Source: Marsupella aquatica
Lineage: Eukaryota; Plantae; Marchantiophyta
Direction of reading: 5' to 3'
DNA: 64,000 nucleotides
Assembly: GCA_973895155.1 (NCBI GenBank)
Contig: OZ316895.1
Coordinates: 17,625,437-17,689,436, forward strand
Below, one piece after another: positions 60,931 through 64,000 of this stretch; the stretch's first letter is position 1; every line of letters starts with the position of its first letter. Under the pieces are notes generated by a model. It saw nothing but the letters and a program-made list of their open reading frames with translations, was not told the DNA's origin and ran no database searches. The position numbers were made by a program, and so were the translations under genes.

Positions 60931-63819
60931 ATGGGCGGAAATCAAGATATAAGGAAGGCGCTCACCTGGGATGACATTTCACCAAACGAAACAGATGGAA
61001 TTGTCGATCTCCAAAAATGTCAGAAGATTGAGATCGAACCCGGAAAATTTTTAAATATCAGTAATCATATTGAAGGAGAGTTAAGGGAAAAATATATTGA
61101 TTTGCTTACTCAGTATAAGGATGTATTTGCCTGGAGCCATAAAGACTTAAAAGGGATACCACCTCACTTGGGAGAGCACAGGATTGACTTAATTGAAGGA
61201 GCAGTTCCAGTAAGGCAAAGACAATATCGTTTGAACCCCAAATATTCTATGCTTGTCAAAGAGGAACTTGATAAGTTGACCGCTGCTGGTTTTATTTACC
61301 CAGTCCTTAGCAGTGAGTGGGTTTCACCCATTGTAATTGTTCCAAAGAAACCCGGACCAGATGGGAAGCCAAAAATCCGAGTATGTCAAGATTTCAGGAA
61401 GCTGAATGCTGCTACTAGAAAAGATCACTATCCCTTACCATTCATAGACCTTGTGTTGGATATGGTTGCTCTTCATGAACTTTATAGTTTCCTAGATGGA
61501 TACTCCGGCTACAACCAGGTGTCAATCCGTGAGGAGGACAGAGACAAAACCACCTTCACTACGGATTGGGGAACGTATGCTTTTCGAGTTATGCCCTTTG
61601 GCCTGTGTAATGCACCTGGAACTTTCCAAAGGATTATGATGATTATTTTTCAGGATTTTCTCAGAAAATTCCTGGAAATCTTTATAGATGATTTTTGTGT
61701 TTATGGATCAGCCACCCAACACCTGGATCACTTAAGACAAACGTTCCAACGCTGTAGGGAATCACAGTTGTGTCTACATCCTGAGAAATGTTTCATTGGT
61801 ATGAAGGAAGGTATTCTGTTAGGACATGTTATCTCCCAAAGAGGAATCGAAGTGGATGCAGAGAAAGTTCGAATTATTCTGGCATTACAACCCCCTGGAA
61901 ATTTGAAGGCGTTGCGAGGCTTCCTAGGCTATGTGGGGTATTATAGAAGATTTATACGGAAGTATGCTGACCTTGCCATGCCTTTAACCCAGCTCCTTAA
62001 GAAGGACGTAGCATATGTATGGACTGCAGCAAGGCAAACAGCCTTTGAAGTTTTAAAAACCAAACTAACTGTTGCGCCCATTCTACAACCACCGGATTGG
62101 CAGAAACCTTTTCATGTGTATATTGATGCCTCAGCTTTTTGTGTGGGCGCTGCCTTAAGTCAACTGGATGATGAGAAGAAAGACCACCCTATATATTATG
62201 CCAGTAGGCAAATGAATAGTGCTGAAAAGAATTATACGGTCACAGAGAGGGAGGCCTTAGCAGTCATTTTCTCTTGTAAAAAGTTCCGGCACTATCTTCT
62301 GGGTTATAAAACTATTTTCCACACGGATCATTCTTCTTTAAAATACCTAGTGAATCAGGCAGATTTAAGTGGGCGCATTGCTAGGTGGGTACTTCTTTTA
62401 CAAGAATATGATTATGAGGTACAAGTTCGAGCCGGGAAACACCATGAGAATGCAGATTTCCTATCACGATTGCCTGGAGATCCTAGTGCCGAACCTTTGT
62501 CTGATCAATTTCCGGACGAACAGCTATGGCATTTGCAAGGAGAAGAATCAAGGTACTTTGACATTGTTCAGATGCTTACTCACGGAATTTATCCACCAGG
62601 GTTGAATGCAGAAGAAAAAGCTGTTTTCCTCTACAAAGTAGGACCATATACTATTGTGAGGGGTGTTCTATTTAAATTATTGCCAAATCAGAGACTTCAC
62701 CGTTGCTTGGAAGCTCAAGAAGTTCCAAAGGTTATTTCAGCCTTACACACTGAAGCCTCCGGTGGACACTATGCCGTAAATACAACTGTTAAGAAAATTA
62801 AGGACGCTGGATTTTGGTGGCCTACCATGCATAAGGACACTTATAACTACATTCAAAGCTGTGACCCTTGTCAGCGAATAGGGAAGCCTACTGCAACATC
62901 AAAATGGCCTCTAACACCCATTTTGCCTCTAGCTCCATTTGAGAAATGGGGGATAGACTTTATTGGCCCCATTTCCCCTGCTGCTAGACGAAGTAGAAGC
63001 AGATATATCATTCTTGCTACGGACTACCTCACCAAATGGGTGGAGGCTAAGCATACTAGGAAGAATGACGCTGCCACAGCCGCCAATTTCTTATTTGAAA
63101 ACATTATTACCCGGTATGGCTGTCCCTTGGAATTGGTAAGTGATCGAGGCCTGCACTTCCTTAATGAGACAATTGAGCTCATCACTGAGAAATATCTGAT
63201 TAAGCATCGAAAGACCACCCCTTATAATCCCCGAGCTAACGGATTGACTGAAAGAGCTAATGGGTTAATGGGAAAAATATTGAATAAAATGGTGGAAGCA
63301 CATAAAACGGATTGGGACATCAAACTCCACTCTGCTTTATGGGCTTACAGAACTGCAGAAAAGATTACTACCTTGAGAACGCCCTTCTACTTAACTTTTG
63401 GTATGCATAGTGTTACCCCCATTGAATTTGAACTACCTACTGAACGGCTTCTGATCTCTGAGAGGTTACCTGAACTTGATAGTTTCCACACTAGGTTGGA
63501 AGTTCTGGATGAATTAGAAGAACATAGACTTCTAGCGTTACAGCATACCATACAACAACAGGATAAACGGAAGATGGCCTATGATAAGAGGTTAAAAATA
63601 CCGACACTACAGCCAGGAGATTTGGCGCTTGTGTATGACTCTAGGTATATGTTCTTCCCTGGGAAGCTTCACACTCACTGGATCGGCCCTTACAGAGTTG
63701 TTACCGTATGGCCTAATGGGTCTTTAACTTTGGAAACCTTGAATGGAGAACCTCTTGATACCAGAATCAATGGATCCAGAGTGAAGAAATATTATATACC
63801 CCACTCCAATGGCTTGTGA
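60931..63819 (+). CDS. Gypsy pol (RT, RNase H, integrase), in frame with gag-PR across one TGA
   Basis: DFRKLN, LDGYSGY, MPFGL, FIDD, DAS..ERE..TDH..ADFLSR, GGH..CDPC, GIDF, SDRG, NGLTER and WIGPY. No chromodomain. Confidence 0.95.
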   Translation: MGGNQDIRKALTWDDISPNETDGIVDLQKCQKIEIEPGKFLNISNHIEGELREKYIDLLTQYKDVFAWSHKDLKGIPPHLGEHRIDLIEGAVPVRQRQYRLNPKYSMLVKEELDKLTAAGFIYPVLSSEWVSPIVIVPKKPGPDGKPKIRVCQDFRKLNAATRKDHYPLPFIDLVLDMVALHELYSFLDGYSGYNQVSIREEDRDKTTFTTDWGTYAFRVMPFGLCNAPGTFQRIMMIIFQDFLRKFLEIFIDDFCVYGSATQHLDHLRQTFQRCRESQLCLHPEKCFIGMKEGILLGHVISQRGIEVDAEKVRIILALQPPGNLKALRGFLGYVGYYRRFIRKYADLAMPLTQLLKKDVAYVWTAARQTAFEVLKTKLTVAPILQPPDWQKPFHVYIDASAFCVGAALSQLDDEKKDHPIYYASRQMNSAEKNYTVTEREALAVIFSCKKFRHYLLGYKTIFHTDHSSLKYLVNQADLSGRIARWVLLLQEYDYEVQVRAGKHHENADFLSRLPGDPSAEPLSDQFPDEQLWHLQGEESRYFDIVQMLTHGIYPPGLNAEEKAVFLYKVGPYTIVRGVLFKLLPNQRLHRCLEAQEVPKVISALHTEASGGHYAVNTTVKKIKDAGFWWPTMHKDTYNYIQSCDPCQRIGKPTATSKWPLTPILPLAPFEKWGIDFIGPISPAARRSRSRYIILATDYLTKWVEAKHTRKNDAATAANFLFENIITRYGCPLELVSDRGLHFLNETIELITEKYLIKHRKTTPYNPRANGLTERANGLMGKILNKMVEAHKTDWDIKLHSALWAYRTAEKITTLRTPFYLTFGMHSVTPIEFELPTERLLISERLPELDSFHTRLEVLDELEEHRLLALQHTIQQQDKRKMAYDKRLKIPTLQPGDLALVYDSRYMFFPGKLHTHWIGPYRVVTVWPNGSLTLETLNGEPLDTRINGSRVKKYYIPHSNGL

Positions 63820-63848
63820 GGGCACGGCGCCGTTTGAGGAGAGGGCTA

Positions 63849-64000
63849 TGTAGATAGGCAGTAATTCCAAAGTCATGAAGAAAACCGGAAAATTTTTAAA
63901 TTTTTGAAGTAGTTAAACTATATTTGCTGATAACTCGAGTAAACTAAACTCTGCCGAAGATTAAGAGTTTAAGAGTTGAAGAGTTGAAGTGTTTAAGAGT
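63849..64000 (+). repeat. Start of the gypsy 3' LTR
   Basis: 152 bp identical to 51674-51825. Confidence 0.97.

Larger units (their letters stand above)
51674..64000 (+). mobile_element. Young non-chromoviral Ty3/gypsy LTR retrotransposon with accessory ORFs; runs off the window
   Basis: 63849-64000 is identical to 51674-51825. PPT GAGGAGAGGG at 63836-63845 and tRNA-Asp-type PBS TGGCGTCGCTGCCGGGGA at 55750-55767. Confidence 0.95.

Overview
Nuclear DNA of a non-seed land plant (probably a liverwort; inferred from the TE protein families), mostly transposon-derived. Host-type genes are a two-exon PPR5/EMB2453-like plastid PPR gene (7429-9772, -), an intronless HVA22-like gene (43752-44288, +) and a stand-alone RPA1 C-terminal OB-fold ORF (85-723, -). 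The LTR elements are a complete but decayed Ty1/copia (34225-41051, ATCCC TSD), a Bianca-like copia (~47.1-51.7 kb, -) and a young non-chromoviral Ty3/gypsy inserted into it (51674 to beyond the window end). The gypsy has an inferred ~4.07-kb LTR containing an intact 798-aa ORF. The main finding is a ~21-24 kb DNA-transposon-like unit (~11.7-33.2 kb, bracketed by Helitron-like termini at 10243 and 33981). In it a Sola1-like DDD transposase faces away from a tightly packed cargo: three F-box-like ORFs, a spliced ~2105-codon ParB-like / degenerate beta-class DNA-MTase-like / coiled repeat / Ulp1 protease / FCP1-like HAD phosphatase gene, and two more HAD domains. About 28 copies of a CpG-rich palindrome (SACGCG-N6-CGCGTN) mark its introns, spacers and tandem arrays and were not seen elsewhere in the window. 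This suggests a sequence-specific anti-silencing or parS-like system (inference). This copy is inactivated, largely by stops explainable as C-to-T changes. All domain calls are by-eye motif recognition; no searches were run.
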